Shown here piece by piece: positions 1-8,962 of a DNA stretch of 64,000 nucleotides (position 1 is the stretch's first letter; each line of letters begins with the position of its first letter). The notes beneath the pieces were generated by a model that saw only the letters and a program-made list of their open reading frames with translations, was not told where the DNA came from and made no database searches. Source of the DNA: Candidatus Magasanikiibacteriota bacterium. Lineage in GTDB: Bacteria; Patescibacteriota; Patescibacteriia; Magasanikbacterales; UBA922. Where the stretch lies: NCBI GenBank assembly GCA_003510435.1, contig DOMK01000009.1, forward strand, positions 24,675 through 88,674, given 5' to 3'. Position numbers and translations under genes: made by a program.

Positions 1-63
1 GGCTGTTTTTTATCAGTGAAATCCCTGCCTTCAGGCAGATACAAAATCGGTGGAATCAATGTT

Positions 64-228
64 TTATTTACCCTCGTCAACTATTTCTGCTTCCACATTT
101 TCGCCATCAATTTTATTGACTAGTAAAGAAATTCCACAAACATTGCACTCTATTACTTGTTCAACGTCTAAATTTGGATAAGAAAATAAATCTACTTCAT
201 TTTTACATTCTGGACAAATTAGTTTCAT
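64..228 (-). CDS. LysW/ArgW-like amino-group carrier protein (zinc ribbon), 54 aa; not in ORF track (below length cutoff)
   Basis: Manual minus-strand translation gives MKLICPECKNEVDLFSYPNLDVEQVIECNVCGISLLVNKIDGENVEAEIVDEGK. It aligns position by position with Thermus LysW (CPECGAELRLENPELGELVVCEDCGAELEVV...acidic tail). The C-terminal motif is DEGK rather than the canonical EDWGE. Confidence 0.55.
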   Translation of the reverse strand: MKLICPECKNEVDLFSYPNLDVEQVIECNVCGISLLVNKIDGENVEAEIVDEGK

Positions 229-379
229 AGTGTTAATATTATTATTAATTAAGCGCTCATTATTCTAACATAATTAGATAATTTAATCAATACCACCCGA
301 CCACTCAACCACCCGACCACTCAACCACACAATTGGCCAAGTGGTAAAGTGGTGAAGTGATGAGGTGGTCAAGTGTATT

Positions 380-1288
380 ATGAAAAGTATCCAAGTCCCC
401 TGCTCGGCCATTGCCCAAAAATTAGGCATTCCTGGCGATGTTTTTCTCAAACGAGAAGATCAACACAAATACGGTTCGCATAAAGGTCGGTCTCTCCCTA
501 TAATGATAAAAAAATATTTCAAAGAGGAAGGTATAACAAATTTTGTCATTTCTTCTTCTGGAAATGCTGCTCTCGCTGCGATCAACTCTATTCAAGTCCA
601 CAACCGCAATAATCCAAGTAAATTAAAACTTACTATTTTTATTGGTAAAAAAATTGATCCAAAAAAATTAAAAGTTCTTTTGGCTGTGATTGATGATGTT
701 AATATAAAACTAGAACAAGTAGAACGACCAAAACAAACTGCTTTTAAAATTGATAAAGATGGTGAAGCAAAACTTCTAAGACAATCAACTGATGATAGCG
801 CTTTGACTGGTTATTTTGAATTAGCTCAAGAACTTGATAAAATTCCTAACTTGCAAGCTATCTTTGTCCCTACTTCTTCTGGCACCACTGCCCAGGCACT
901 GGGTGAAGCTTTCCAAACTGAATTTTTAACGCAAAAACCACAAATTCATATTGTGCAAACCAATTCTTGCCATCCCATGGCCGAATATTTTCAACCAGAT
1001 TATTTAAAAAATCATCCTTATGCTAAGGCAGAAAAATCTATAGCTGGTGCGATTGTTGACAACATTGCTTTTCGTAAAAAAAAAGTTATTAATACAATTA
1101 AAACCAGTGGCGGATTTGGTTGGATTGTAGACAATGAAGATCTAAAAGAAGCTATGGAACTAAGTAAAGACGGTTGTCATTTAGTAATTTCTTCCAACTC
1201 GGCTTTATCAATTGCCGGATTAAAAAAAGCCGTAGAAAACGACTTTAAATTCACTGGTAATGTTGTCTGTTTGATTACCGGGATGTAA
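380..1288 (+). CDS. PLP-dependent fold-type II enzyme, threonine synthase-like (short form). The ORF track starts at a GTG at 365; the ATG at 380 is more likely.
   Basis: KREDQHKYGSHKGR matches K-x-E-x-x-NPTGSFKDR, and SSSGNAALAAIN matches ASTGNTSAAxAAY. It is divergent from the LysW-like ORF. Confidence 0.55.
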   Translation: MKSIQVPCSAIAQKLGIPGDVFLKREDQHKYGSHKGRSLPIMIKKYFKEEGITNFVISSSGNAALAAINSIQVHNRNNPSKLKLTIFIGKKIDPKKLKVLLAVIDDVNIKLEQVERPKQTAFKIDKDGEAKLLRQSTDDSALTGYFELAQELDKIPNLQAIFVPTSSGTTAQALGEAFQTEFLTQKPQIHIVQTNSCHPMAEYFQPDYLKNHPYAKAEKSIAGAIVDNIAFRKKKVINTIKTSGGFGWIVDNEDLKEAMELSKDGCHLVISSNSALSIAGLKKAVENDFKFTGNVVCLITGM

Positions 1289-1369
1289 AAACATAAATCA
1301 CATATCATGTATCACATAACAAATTTCAACATTCCAGTTATATATCAATCACCTGTTATGTGATATGTG

Positions 1370-2071
1370 TCATATGTTACGTGAGAATATGATACTCACA
1401 ATATTTCCAGGATCATCTTTGGTTCCATTTCCACCTTTGGTGGTGTAATACTGGTCTTGAATTTTAAGGCCAGTTTTTTTAAATATATTTTCTAATTCTT
1501 CCAAAGTAAAACCATGATAATATCTCTCTCCCAAAACTTCACTTTGTGAATTCATCCACGGGATCAAAAAATCTCCAGATTTAAATTCATTAAACTTTCC
1601 ATTGGCTACCAATTTTTGCGCTGTGTTGGAATACATGTTCCAATTAGTCATTATAATATACGAACCTGATTTTAATACTCGCTTCATTTCTTGCAATGAT
1701 TTAATTCTAGATTCTTCATCTGGTAAATGATGAAAAGTGGCAATGCAATACACCACATCAAATTCATTATCTTTAAATGGCAACTTAGTCATCTCGCCTA
1801 TTCTAAAATCTATGCCAGAAAATTTTTCTTTGGCAATTTTTATCTGTTCCTCACTCTGATCCATACCAATATATTTCACATCTTGAAAATCCTGGAAAAG
1901 ATGGTATAATCTGCCTGACCCACAACCAAGGTCAAGGACTTTAAAACCATCCTTTGTATATTTTTGTAAAGGTTTTAAATCATCCCAAAGATAGCGCCGA
2001 GTCTTTGCAAACAGATGAGCAATTTTATTATAAGTTTCTCTATTAAGTTTAATCAAATCCTTATCCTTCAT
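1370..2071 (-). CDS. class I SAM-dependent methyltransferase
   Basis: VLDLGCGSGRL motif I and FDVVYCIATFHHL motif. Confidence 0.7.
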   Translation of the reverse strand: MKDKDLIKLNRETYNKIAHLFAKTRRYLWDDLKPLQKYTKDGFKVLDLGCGSGRLYHLFQDFQDVKYIGMDQSEEQIKIAKEKFSGIDFRIGEMTKLPFKDNEFDVVYCIATFHHLPDEESRIKSLQEMKRVLKSGSYIIMTNWNMYSNTAQKLVANGKFNEFKSGDFLIPWMNSQSEVLGERYYHGFTLEELENIFKKTGLKIQDQYYTTKGGNGTKDDPGNIVSIIFSRNI

Positions 2072-2087
2072 AATAATCAGCTTAAAT

Positions 2088-2140
2088 TAATATTAGTATA
2101 GCATTAGTATCATTAGTATGAATTAGTATATTAGTATCGC
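2088..2140. repeat. tandem ATTAGTAT octamer array (6 units) in the divergent promoter region between the methyltransferase and elp3
   Basis: TATTAGTATAGCATTAGTATCATTAGTATGAATTAGTATATTAGTATCGC. Confidence 0.7.
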
Positions 2141-2145
2141 ATATT

Positions 2146-3816
2146 ATGAATATAGAACAAATAATCACGAAAATTATATCCTTTCAACCCACTACCCGGG
2201 CTGAATTTGATGATGTAAAAAGAAAAGTCTGTAACAAACTCTCAATTAACCAAATTTCTAATCGCGACCTGCTACAAGCTTACCAAAATTTATTAAAAAA
2301 GAAAAGAGTTGAGCCAGACAAAATTTTGGAAAGATTCATGCGTAAAGCTGATATTAGAACCTTATCTGGCGTAGCCGTTGTCACCTCCCTCTGTAAGCCC
2401 TATAATTGCCCTGGAAAATGCATTTACTGTCCAACTGAGGCTAGAATGCCAAAAAGCTATTTGGCCAGTGAACCAGCCGCTGCCAGAGCCCTGGCTCTGC
2501 AATTTGACCCTTATGAGCAAATGACCAGACGAATAGAAATGCTAAGGCTCTCTGGTCACCCCACTGACAAAATTGAATATATTATAAAAGGCGGATCTTG
2601 GAATGTCTATCCATTAAAATATCAATACTGGTTTATATTGGAATCTTTCCGGGCGGCAAATAATCTCGAACGAAGTGAGAGATCCCTTTTCGAAGCCTCT
2701 TCAAATGCATTAAAAAGCGATTCCTCAGTCGCTTCGCTCCTTCGGAATTTAAAAAAAGAACAAAACTACAATGACAAGATTGCAAAACACAAAATAATTG
2801 GCCTCACTCTAGAAACCAGACCCGACTGCATCACTCCAGACACAATCCATCACATGCGCCAAATGGGTTGTACAAGAATCGAACTGGGTTTGCAAGCGCC
2901 AGATGATAAAATTTTAAAATTGGTGAAACGCGGACACACAGTAGAGCAATTTAAAGACGCAATGCTTTTACTTCGTCAAGCTGGGTTTAAAGTTGATTTG
3001 CATTTTATGCCTGACCTCCCTGGTACTACTGCCAAGCATGATGTAGAGATGTATAAATCATTATTTACTGATCCTGGCTTTAAACCAGACATGGTAAAAA
3101 TTTATCCGTGTACTGTAATTAAAACGGCTGACTTGTATAAATGGTATAAACAAAAAAAATATAAACCATATTCAGAAAAGAAATTATTTGAAGCGTTAAT
3201 TGTCATGAAAATTAGTACGCCTCGTTATTGTCGTATCTCTAGATTGATTCGGGATATTCCTGATAACGAAATTATGGGCGGAAACATGATTACCAATCTT
3301 CGTCAAAATTTAAAAAAGGAAATGGCCATACGCGGACTAAAGTGCGAATGCTTGCGTTGCCGTGAAGTTGGTCACTCCACTCTACCACCTAACCACCTTA
3401 CCACTCTACCACCTAAATTGTTTGTTGATAAATATGAGACAACTGGTGGAACAGAATATTTTTTAAGTTATGAAGACAAAAAACGACAAGTGGTTTATGG
3501 TTTCCTGCGCTTGCGTTTACCCAACAAAGAAAAAAATAACTCAAACCTTTCTAGCCTTTTGGGCTTTTCAAGCCTTTCAAGCATTTCTTTTATTCGCGAA
3601 CTCCACACTTACGGTCAACTACTTGAACTAGGTACAAAAAATAAATCTGCTAGCCAGCACAAAGGTTTGGGTAAAAAATTAGTTGAAGAAGCTGAAAAGA
3701 TTGCCAAAAAAAATAGATATAAAAAACTAGCTGTAATTTCTGGGGTGGGAGTGCGTGGGTATTATCGAAAACTGGGGTATAAATTGGAAAAAACGTATAT
3801 GACAAAAAACATATAA
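2146..3816 (+). CDS. elp3: Elp3-like radical SAM / GNAT acetyltransferase (tRNA U34 carboxymethyluridine synthase homolog)
   Basis: CPGKCIYCP radical SAM Cx4Cx2C motif. The C-terminal GNAT region contains GLGKKLVEEAEKIA. Length is 556 aa, with low-complexity inserts (TLPPNHLTTLPP, SSLLGFSSLSS). Confidence 0.85.
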   Translation: MNIEQIITKIISFQPTTRAEFDDVKRKVCNKLSINQISNRDLLQAYQNLLKKKRVEPDKILERFMRKADIRTLSGVAVVTSLCKPYNCPGKCIYCPTEARMPKSYLASEPAAARALALQFDPYEQMTRRIEMLRLSGHPTDKIEYIIKGGSWNVYPLKYQYWFILESFRAANNLERSERSLFEASSNALKSDSSVASLLRNLKKEQNYNDKIAKHKIIGLTLETRPDCITPDTIHHMRQMGCTRIELGLQAPDDKILKLVKRGHTVEQFKDAMLLLRQAGFKVDLHFMPDLPGTTAKHDVEMYKSLFTDPGFKPDMVKIYPCTVIKTADLYKWYKQKKYKPYSEKKLFEALIVMKISTPRYCRISRLIRDIPDNEIMGGNMITNLRQNLKKEMAIRGLKCECLRCREVGHSTLPPNHLTTLPPKLFVDKYETTGGTEYFLSYEDKKRQVVYGFLRLRLPNKEKNNSNLSSLLGFSSLSSISFIRELHTYGQLLELGTKNKSASQHKGLGKKLVEEAEKIAKKNRYKKLAVISGVGVRGYYRKLGYKLEKTYMTKNI

Positions 3817-3892
3817 CACATATCACGTAACATGAAACAAAAAAAACTTCTAATTAAAGAAGTTTTTTTATTTACAAATTATTCCTTATTCT

Positions 3893-4813
3893 TTATCCAA
3901 TGTTCAAGACAATAACCCCCACAACCATAAAAATCAAAGCTAATAACTTTAACAACAAATTTTTCTTATCCCATTCTTCTTTTATATACTTGGGAGCGAA
4001 ATAAGAAATTAAACCCACTATCAAAAACACAAAAATCGCTTGAAAACCTTCCATTGCAAATACTAGTGACGTCTGTTTCAAAGACAAAGCCCATTGATTT
4101 AAGATTACTCCTCCCCAAGCAGTCAAAACCACCAAACCGACTAAAAATATATCTCGACGACCAATTACTCTAACTGTTTCAATTACTTCAATTCTAATTT
4201 TTTTAGACAATAAGATAGTACTGGCAGCAATGGCTTCAAAAATATAAAACCAAACAAAAGCGACAATCAAAGGAATTTGTTGCAGAACCTGGCGCATCAA
4301 AACACCATAAAAAGCATAACAAATACAAACAACTAACATTAGCCAAAAAGCTTTAGAAAATTTCCATTTGTTTACAGTATGATTAAAATGAAATGAGGTT
4401 AAGACAGAACCAAAAATCAAAATCAACATACCAATAAATTCAGACAAAATTAAACGATCACCAATAAAATAACCTAGACCCAAAGAAAAAATTGGAATTA
4501 AACTCCACAATATATTAATTCTACTCACCTCTTCCATTTGCATGGCTTTGATATAAGGCAAACCACCATAAAAATAAATAAAACCAGATAAAAATAATAA
4601 CAACAAAATATTGAATGATGGCAATGGATAGCCCAAAAATGGCAAAGCAAATATTAATATTATACCAACTAGAGAAAATAAAATTAAAAAAACATAAGGA
4701 TTGGCAAACCTTTTTTCTACAGCATATTTTGTCAAAATATTTTCTATTGCCCAAGAAAAATGAGCCCCGATTGCCAAAAATACCCAAACCATAAAAATTT
4801 GTCTAAAATACAA
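3893..4813 (-). CDS. polytopic membrane protein, probable DMT/EamA-family transporter
   Basis: About 10 hydrophobic segments in a two-repeat arrangement. Confidence 0.45.
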   Translation of the reverse strand: MYFRQIFMVWVFLAIGAHFSWAIENILTKYAVEKRFANPYVFLILFSLVGIILIFALPFLGYPLPSFNILLLLFLSGFIYFYGGLPYIKAMQMEEVSRINILWSLIPIFSLGLGYFIGDRLILSEFIGMLILIFGSVLTSFHFNHTVNKWKFSKAFWLMLVVCICYAFYGVLMRQVLQQIPLIVAFVWFYIFEAIAASTILLSKKIRIEVIETVRVIGRRDIFLVGLVVLTAWGGVILNQWALSLKQTSLVFAMEGFQAIFVFLIVGLISYFAPKYIKEEWDKKNLLLKLLALIFMVVGVIVLNIG

Positions 4814-4878
4814 GATTATGATACCATAAACTCATATTTTTTCAAACATTTTTAATTGCAGATTTCAAATTACAGAAT

Positions 4879-5277
4879 ATGAAACAAACCATCATTTGTT
4901 CAGGTCCAGTAATAATTGAGAGCGATAAAGTCTTATTAGTCAGGGAACAAAAAAGCTATGGTATTACTCCTTGGCTTTTTCCTGGTGGCAAAGCCGAACC
5001 AAATGAAACTGATCCACTAGAAATTTGCAGACGAGAAGCTAAAGAAGAAGTTGGGATTGATTTAGAAATTATTAAACAATTAACTACTACAGAAGCATCT
5101 AGTTGGCGCGGATTAAATAAAAAATATATTTTGTACCACTATTTAGCAAAAAGAATTGGTGAAATAAAACCAGGTGAAGATATTGTAGAATGGGCTTGGA
5201 TAGATATAAATAATTTACCAAAAGATTGCAATAAAAATGTTTACGAAATAATTGTTGATTATAAAAATATGTTGTAA
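4879..5277 (+). CDS. NUDIX hydrolase
   Basis: Nudix box GGKAEPNETDPLEICRREAKEEVGI. Confidence 0.85.
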   Translation: MKQTIICSGPVIIESDKVLLVREQKSYGITPWLFPGGKAEPNETDPLEICRREAKEEVGIDLEIIKQLTTTEASSWRGLNKKYILYHYLAKRIGEIKPGEDIVEWAWIDINNLPKDCNKNVYEIIVDYKNML

Positions 5278-5321
5278 AAAAACCTATAACCTATTTACTA
5301 AAACCTATAACCTATTTTTTT

Positions 5322-6572
5322 ATGAACAAAATTTTATTAAAAGACTACGATCCAATAATTCAACAAGCCATAACCAATGAACTTGCTCGCCAAGAACAAG
5401 GTCTAGAAATGATTCCATCGGAAAACTTTGTCTCATTGGCAGTCTTAGAGGCTTTAGGTTCAGTCCTGACTAATAAATATTCCGAAGGTTATATTGGCAA
5501 AAGATATTATGGCGGTTGTGAATTTATTGATACGATTGAAGGTGTTGCCATTGACCGCGCCAAACAAATTTTTAGTGCTGAACATGTAAATGTCCAACCA
5601 TTATCTGGTGCTCCTATGAATATTGCTGTTTATTTTGGTCTGATGGAACCAGGTGACACAATTCTTGGTATGGATTTGTCTCATGGTGGACATCTTACTC
5701 ATGGACATCCTGTAACTTACATGGCAAAAGTATTTAATTTTATTCGTTATAAAACCAATGCTGAAGGAAAAATTGATTTGGATAATTTGCGTCAAATGGC
5801 TCTAGAACACAAACCAAAAATGATTCTTGTTGGTTATAGTGCTTATTCTCGAGAAATTGAATATGAAAAAATAAAAGCCATTGCTGATGAGGTCGGCGCT
5901 ATCACTATGGCCGATGTCGCCCATATTGGCGGACTGATTGCTGGCAAACAAATGATTAATCCAGTGCCAATTTTTGATGTCGTCACTACCACTACGCACA
6001 AAACTCTACGTGGACCACGTGGAGGCATGATTATGTGTAAAGAAAAATTTGCTAAACAAATTGATAAAGCAGTTTTCCCCGGTCTTCAAGGTGGACCACA
6101 TGAAAATAATATTGCTGCCAAAGCAGTATCATTTAAAGAAGCTCTGGAACCAGAATTTCAAGAATATTCTAGACAAATTAAGGCTAATGCCAAAGTATTA
6201 GAAAAAAAGTTTTCCGATTGGGGTTATAAATTATGTTTTGGTGGCACAGATAATCATTTATTATTAGTTAATTTATTTTCTTCCAAAGGTATTACTGGTA
6301 AACAAGCTCAAATCGCTCTAGATATCGCCGGTATTACCCTAAATAAAAATATGATCCCTGATGATCCAAGAAGTCCAATGGATCCATCTGGCATTCGTTT
6401 TGGTACTCCAGCTCTCACAACCAGAGGCATGAAAGAAGCCGAAATGGAAATCATTGCTAATTGGATGAATGAAGGAATTATGAATTGGCAAGATGAAACA
6501 AAACTTAAAAGTATTAAAGCTGATGTAATTGAATTAACTAAAAAGTTTCCTCTTTATCCAGAGCTCCAATAG
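5322..6572 (+). CDS. glyA: serine hydroxymethyltransferase
   Basis: SENFVS, HGGHLTHG and TTTTHKTLRGPRGG motifs; 416 aa. Confidence 0.95.
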   Translation: MNKILLKDYDPIIQQAITNELARQEQGLEMIPSENFVSLAVLEALGSVLTNKYSEGYIGKRYYGGCEFIDTIEGVAIDRAKQIFSAEHVNVQPLSGAPMNIAVYFGLMEPGDTILGMDLSHGGHLTHGHPVTYMAKVFNFIRYKTNAEGKIDLDNLRQMALEHKPKMILVGYSAYSREIEYEKIKAIADEVGAITMADVAHIGGLIAGKQMINPVPIFDVVTTTTHKTLRGPRGGMIMCKEKFAKQIDKAVFPGLQGGPHENNIAAKAVSFKEALEPEFQEYSRQIKANAKVLEKKFSDWGYKLCFGGTDNHLLLVNLFSSKGITGKQAQIALDIAGITLNKNMIPDDPRSPMDPSGIRFGTPALTTRGMKEAEMEIIANWMNEGIMNWQDETKLKSIKADVIELTKKFPLYPELQ

Positions 6573-6665
6573 AACACAAATCACCCAAATTATACAAATT
6601 AACACAAATACCATTTGCGAAGATTTGAGGTAATTTGGGAAATTTGAGTCCTATTTAATTTACAT

Positions 6666-7103
6666 ATGAAATACACCACAAATTCGGAACAAGAATTAAT
6701 TAACCTAGGTAAAAAAATCGCTGTTAATTTCAAAGCTGGTGATATTATTTTACTTGAAGGTAATCTCGGTGCCGGTAAAACCACTTTAACCAAAGGTATT
6801 GCAGAATATTTTGGAATTAAAAAAAATATTACTAGTCCGACTTTTTCACTCATGAACGTGTATGAAATTAAAAGATTTAAAGATTTAAAGATTAAAAGAT
6901 TAGTGCACGTTGATACTTATCGTCTTGAAGATGAAGAAGATTTAATTGAAATCGGAATTGAAGATTATTTAGGCGCACCAGACACAATTTGTTTGATTGA
7001 GTGGCCAGAGAAGATTGAAGGATTATTGAGGAGGAAAAAAGTAATTAGAATAAAAATTGAACATGATGGTGATGGAAGAAAAATAATGATAAGTGATAAG
7101 TGA
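6666..7103 (+). CDS. tsaE: tRNA threonylcarbamoyladenosine biosynthesis protein TsaE
   Basis: GNLGAGKTTLTKGI P-loop and SPTFSL motif. Confidence 0.85.
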   Translation: MKYTTNSEQELINLGKKIAVNFKAGDIILLEGNLGAGKTTLTKGIAEYFGIKKNITSPTFSLMNVYEIKRFKDLKIKRLVHVDTYRLEDEEDLIEIGIEDYLGAPDTICLIEWPEKIEGLLRRKKVIRIKIEHDGDGRKIMISDK

Positions 7104-7155
7104 TAAAAAAACCGGCGCATGGCCAGTTTTTTTGATATATGATATGTGATGTATG

Positions 7156-7734
7156 TTATGTGATGATTTCTATTCCAAACTTCTTCAATTCTTGTACTAA
7201 CTGATAAACTGGCAAACCAACCGTGGCAAAATAATCACCAGATATTTTGGTAATAAACATTGCCCCTAAACCCTGAATCGCATAAGCTCCAGCCTTATCC
7301 AATGGTTCACCTGTCTTTATATACCAATCAATTTCCTTATCAGTCAATTTTTTCATGGTAATTTTTGTGGGAATTGATTTGGTAATTGTTTTTTTAGTTT
7401 GACAATCAAAAATTGTAAAAGCAGTAATGACCTCGTGACTTTTCCCGGATAACATTTTTAAAAACTTCTTAGCTTCAATTTTACTTTTTGGCTTGCCTAA
7501 AACTTTATCTTTATAAGCTATAATGGTATCCCCGCTAATAATAATGGCTTTGGGATATTTTTTCATGACCGCCAAAGCTTTATTTTTTGACAAAAACTCT
7601 ACCAATTTTTTTGGTTTTAAATTTAATGCCATGTCTTCTTCATAACCACTTTTTACTGCTTTAAACTTCAAACCAGTCTTACTTAATAATTCATTTCTAC
7701 GTGGTGAAGTGGAAGCTAAAATAATTTGTTTCAT
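7156..7734 (-). CDS. maf: Maf-like nucleoside triphosphate pyrophosphatase
   Basis: IILASTSPRRNELL N-terminus; 192 aa. Confidence 0.85.
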   Translation of the reverse strand: MKQIILASTSPRRNELLSKTGLKFKAVKSGYEEDMALNLKPKKLVEFLSKNKALAVMKKYPKAIIISGDTIIAYKDKVLGKPKSKIEAKKFLKMLSGKSHEVITAFTIFDCQTKKTITKSIPTKITMKKLTDKEIDWYIKTGEPLDKAGAYAIQGLGAMFITKISGDYFATVGLPVYQLVQELKKFGIEIIT

Positions 7735-8081
7735 ATTTTGTTTTTTACAAGAGCACCATTATACAATCTAAAACATTTTCTTTTTTCCGCTTTATAAATA
7801 TATGGCGTGCCCAAAATTTCTTTGCATTTAGGACATTTTAAACTCGGAATATCTTTTAAACTAAATTTTTCCAAACCAACTAATTTTTCTGGATAGACAA
7901 TGCGATCAAAATACAAACGATAAATAGACCCTGGGCCATCTTTTTGATATTTTACTACCAGTGAATTACAAAGGCGACAATTCAATTCTAATAAACGTGA
8001 ATAGCCACCGCGCGCCGTTCTAAATTTGTCTCTTTTTAATTTATCCTTCATAATTTTTTTCCATAGAAAATTTACACCCAC
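7731..8081 (-). CDS. hypothetical Cys4 zinc-ribbon protein. The start is probably internal, at MKDKL; it overlaps the queH 3' end.
   Basis: CRLCNS ... CPKC pairs. Confidence 0.4.
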   Translation of the reverse strand: MGVNFLWKKIMKDKLKRDKFRTARGGYSRLLELNCRLCNSLVVKYQKDGPGSIYRLYFDRIVYPEKLVGLEKFSLKDIPSLKCPKCKEILGTPYIYKAEKRKCFRLYNGALVKNKI

Positions 8082-8592
8082 AATAATTTTGGCGGTATAT
8101 TTGCCTTTCCACCACGAGCTTCACTGCCTTCTCTTGTCGACCACCTTTTTTCCAATCCACATTATAAAATTTTGTTTTTTTATGAATCTTTCCAAATGCC
8201 TTACCAATACCACCAATTACGGCCGCACTTTTATTTCTACCACTAGTCAAACTAGTACCCCAATAATTAAAACCATGTAACTGTGCATATTCTACTGTTT
8301 TAGCCATACGAAAACGCAAACAAACCGCACATCTTGTTCCACCTTCTGGCTCTTCTTCAAAACCTAAAACTGCTTTATTCCAAAGATCAGTTTCATTATA
8401 ATCATGATCAACTATTGGTACCCCCCACTCTTGACAAATTTTTACCACTTCTTGTTTCCTTTTTAAATACTCTTCTTCTGGGTAAATGTTAGGGTTATAA
8501 AAAAACACAGTCAAATCATACTGATTTTTCAATTCATCAATCACCGCGATACTACACGGTGCGCAACAAGTGTGTAATAAAAACTTTTGCAT
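8041..8592 (-). CDS. queH: epoxyqueuosine reductase QueH (DUF208)
   Basis: LLHTCCAPCS N-terminal Cys cluster and C-terminal CGC motif. Confidence 0.85.
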   Translation of the reverse strand: MQKFLLHTCCAPCSIAVIDELKNQYDLTVFFYNPNIYPEEEYLKRKQEVVKICQEWGVPIVDHDYNETDLWNKAVLGFEEEPEGGTRCAVCLRFRMAKTVEYAQLHGFNYWGTSLTSGRNKSAAVIGGIGKAFGKIHKKTKFYNVDWKKGGRQEKAVKLVVERQIYRQNYCGCKFSMEKNYEG

Positions 8593-8627
8593 AAATTTAA
8601 AATCCCCAGTATTACTGGGGATTTTGT

Positions 8628-8900
8628 TTATACTGAAATGTCTACTATTAAACTCCTTAATTGATCTTCGGGTACTTCTTGCTGCCCTACAAATAAACGA
8701 CCTTCATCATCAAAACTAAACTTGTCATCCAAGGCGACACCATATGCATCTTTTAATCCTTTTTGTGATAAGGCTCGCAATATAGTTTGTTTATCTGAAT
8801 CCGATAGACCTTGTTCAACTATTTTTGGGCCCCTTTCGCCTGAACTTCCGTAATGGCGAGCGATTTTACCTTCAATAATTGTTAATGGTATACCTGGCAT
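8628..8900 (-). CDS. hypothetical protein (90 aa)
   Basis: ORF only. Confidence 0.35.
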   Translation of the reverse strand: MPGIPLTIIEGKIARHYGSSGERGPKIVEQGLSDSDKQTILRALSQKGLKDAYGVALDDKFSFDDEGRLFVGQQEVPEDQLRSLIVDISV

Positions 8901-8962
8901 ACAATAATAAGTTAAATATTAATATAAATATAATACTACATTTTAACCATTTTGTCAATCAA

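Noticed and set aside
1727-1909. Short ORFs from the track lying antisense to or inside confidently assigned genes. Examples are 1727-1909, 4521-4787, 5601-6028, 6599-6853, 8026-8280, 8952-9188, 9852-10067, 11634-12421, 13743-14150, 14457-15014, 15225-15728, 16230-16613, 19028-20020, 27142-28896, 34549-35528, 36036-36962, 39150-41198, 52873-53188.
   Set aside because: They overlap well-supported genes on the other strand or in another frame, have low-complexity or AT-codon-driven sequence, and lack motifs.
7104-7160. Possible bidirectional terminator between tsaE and maf (A-run, GC-rich CCGGCGCATGGCCAG, T-run).
   Set aside because: The stem pairs poorly when folded by hand. It may still terminate transcription, but I did not list it as a feature. 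The flanking ATGTGATATG-type repeats at 1290-1370, 3817-3840, 7120-7160 and 14640-14700 look like a further short repeat family but are too degenerate to define confidently.
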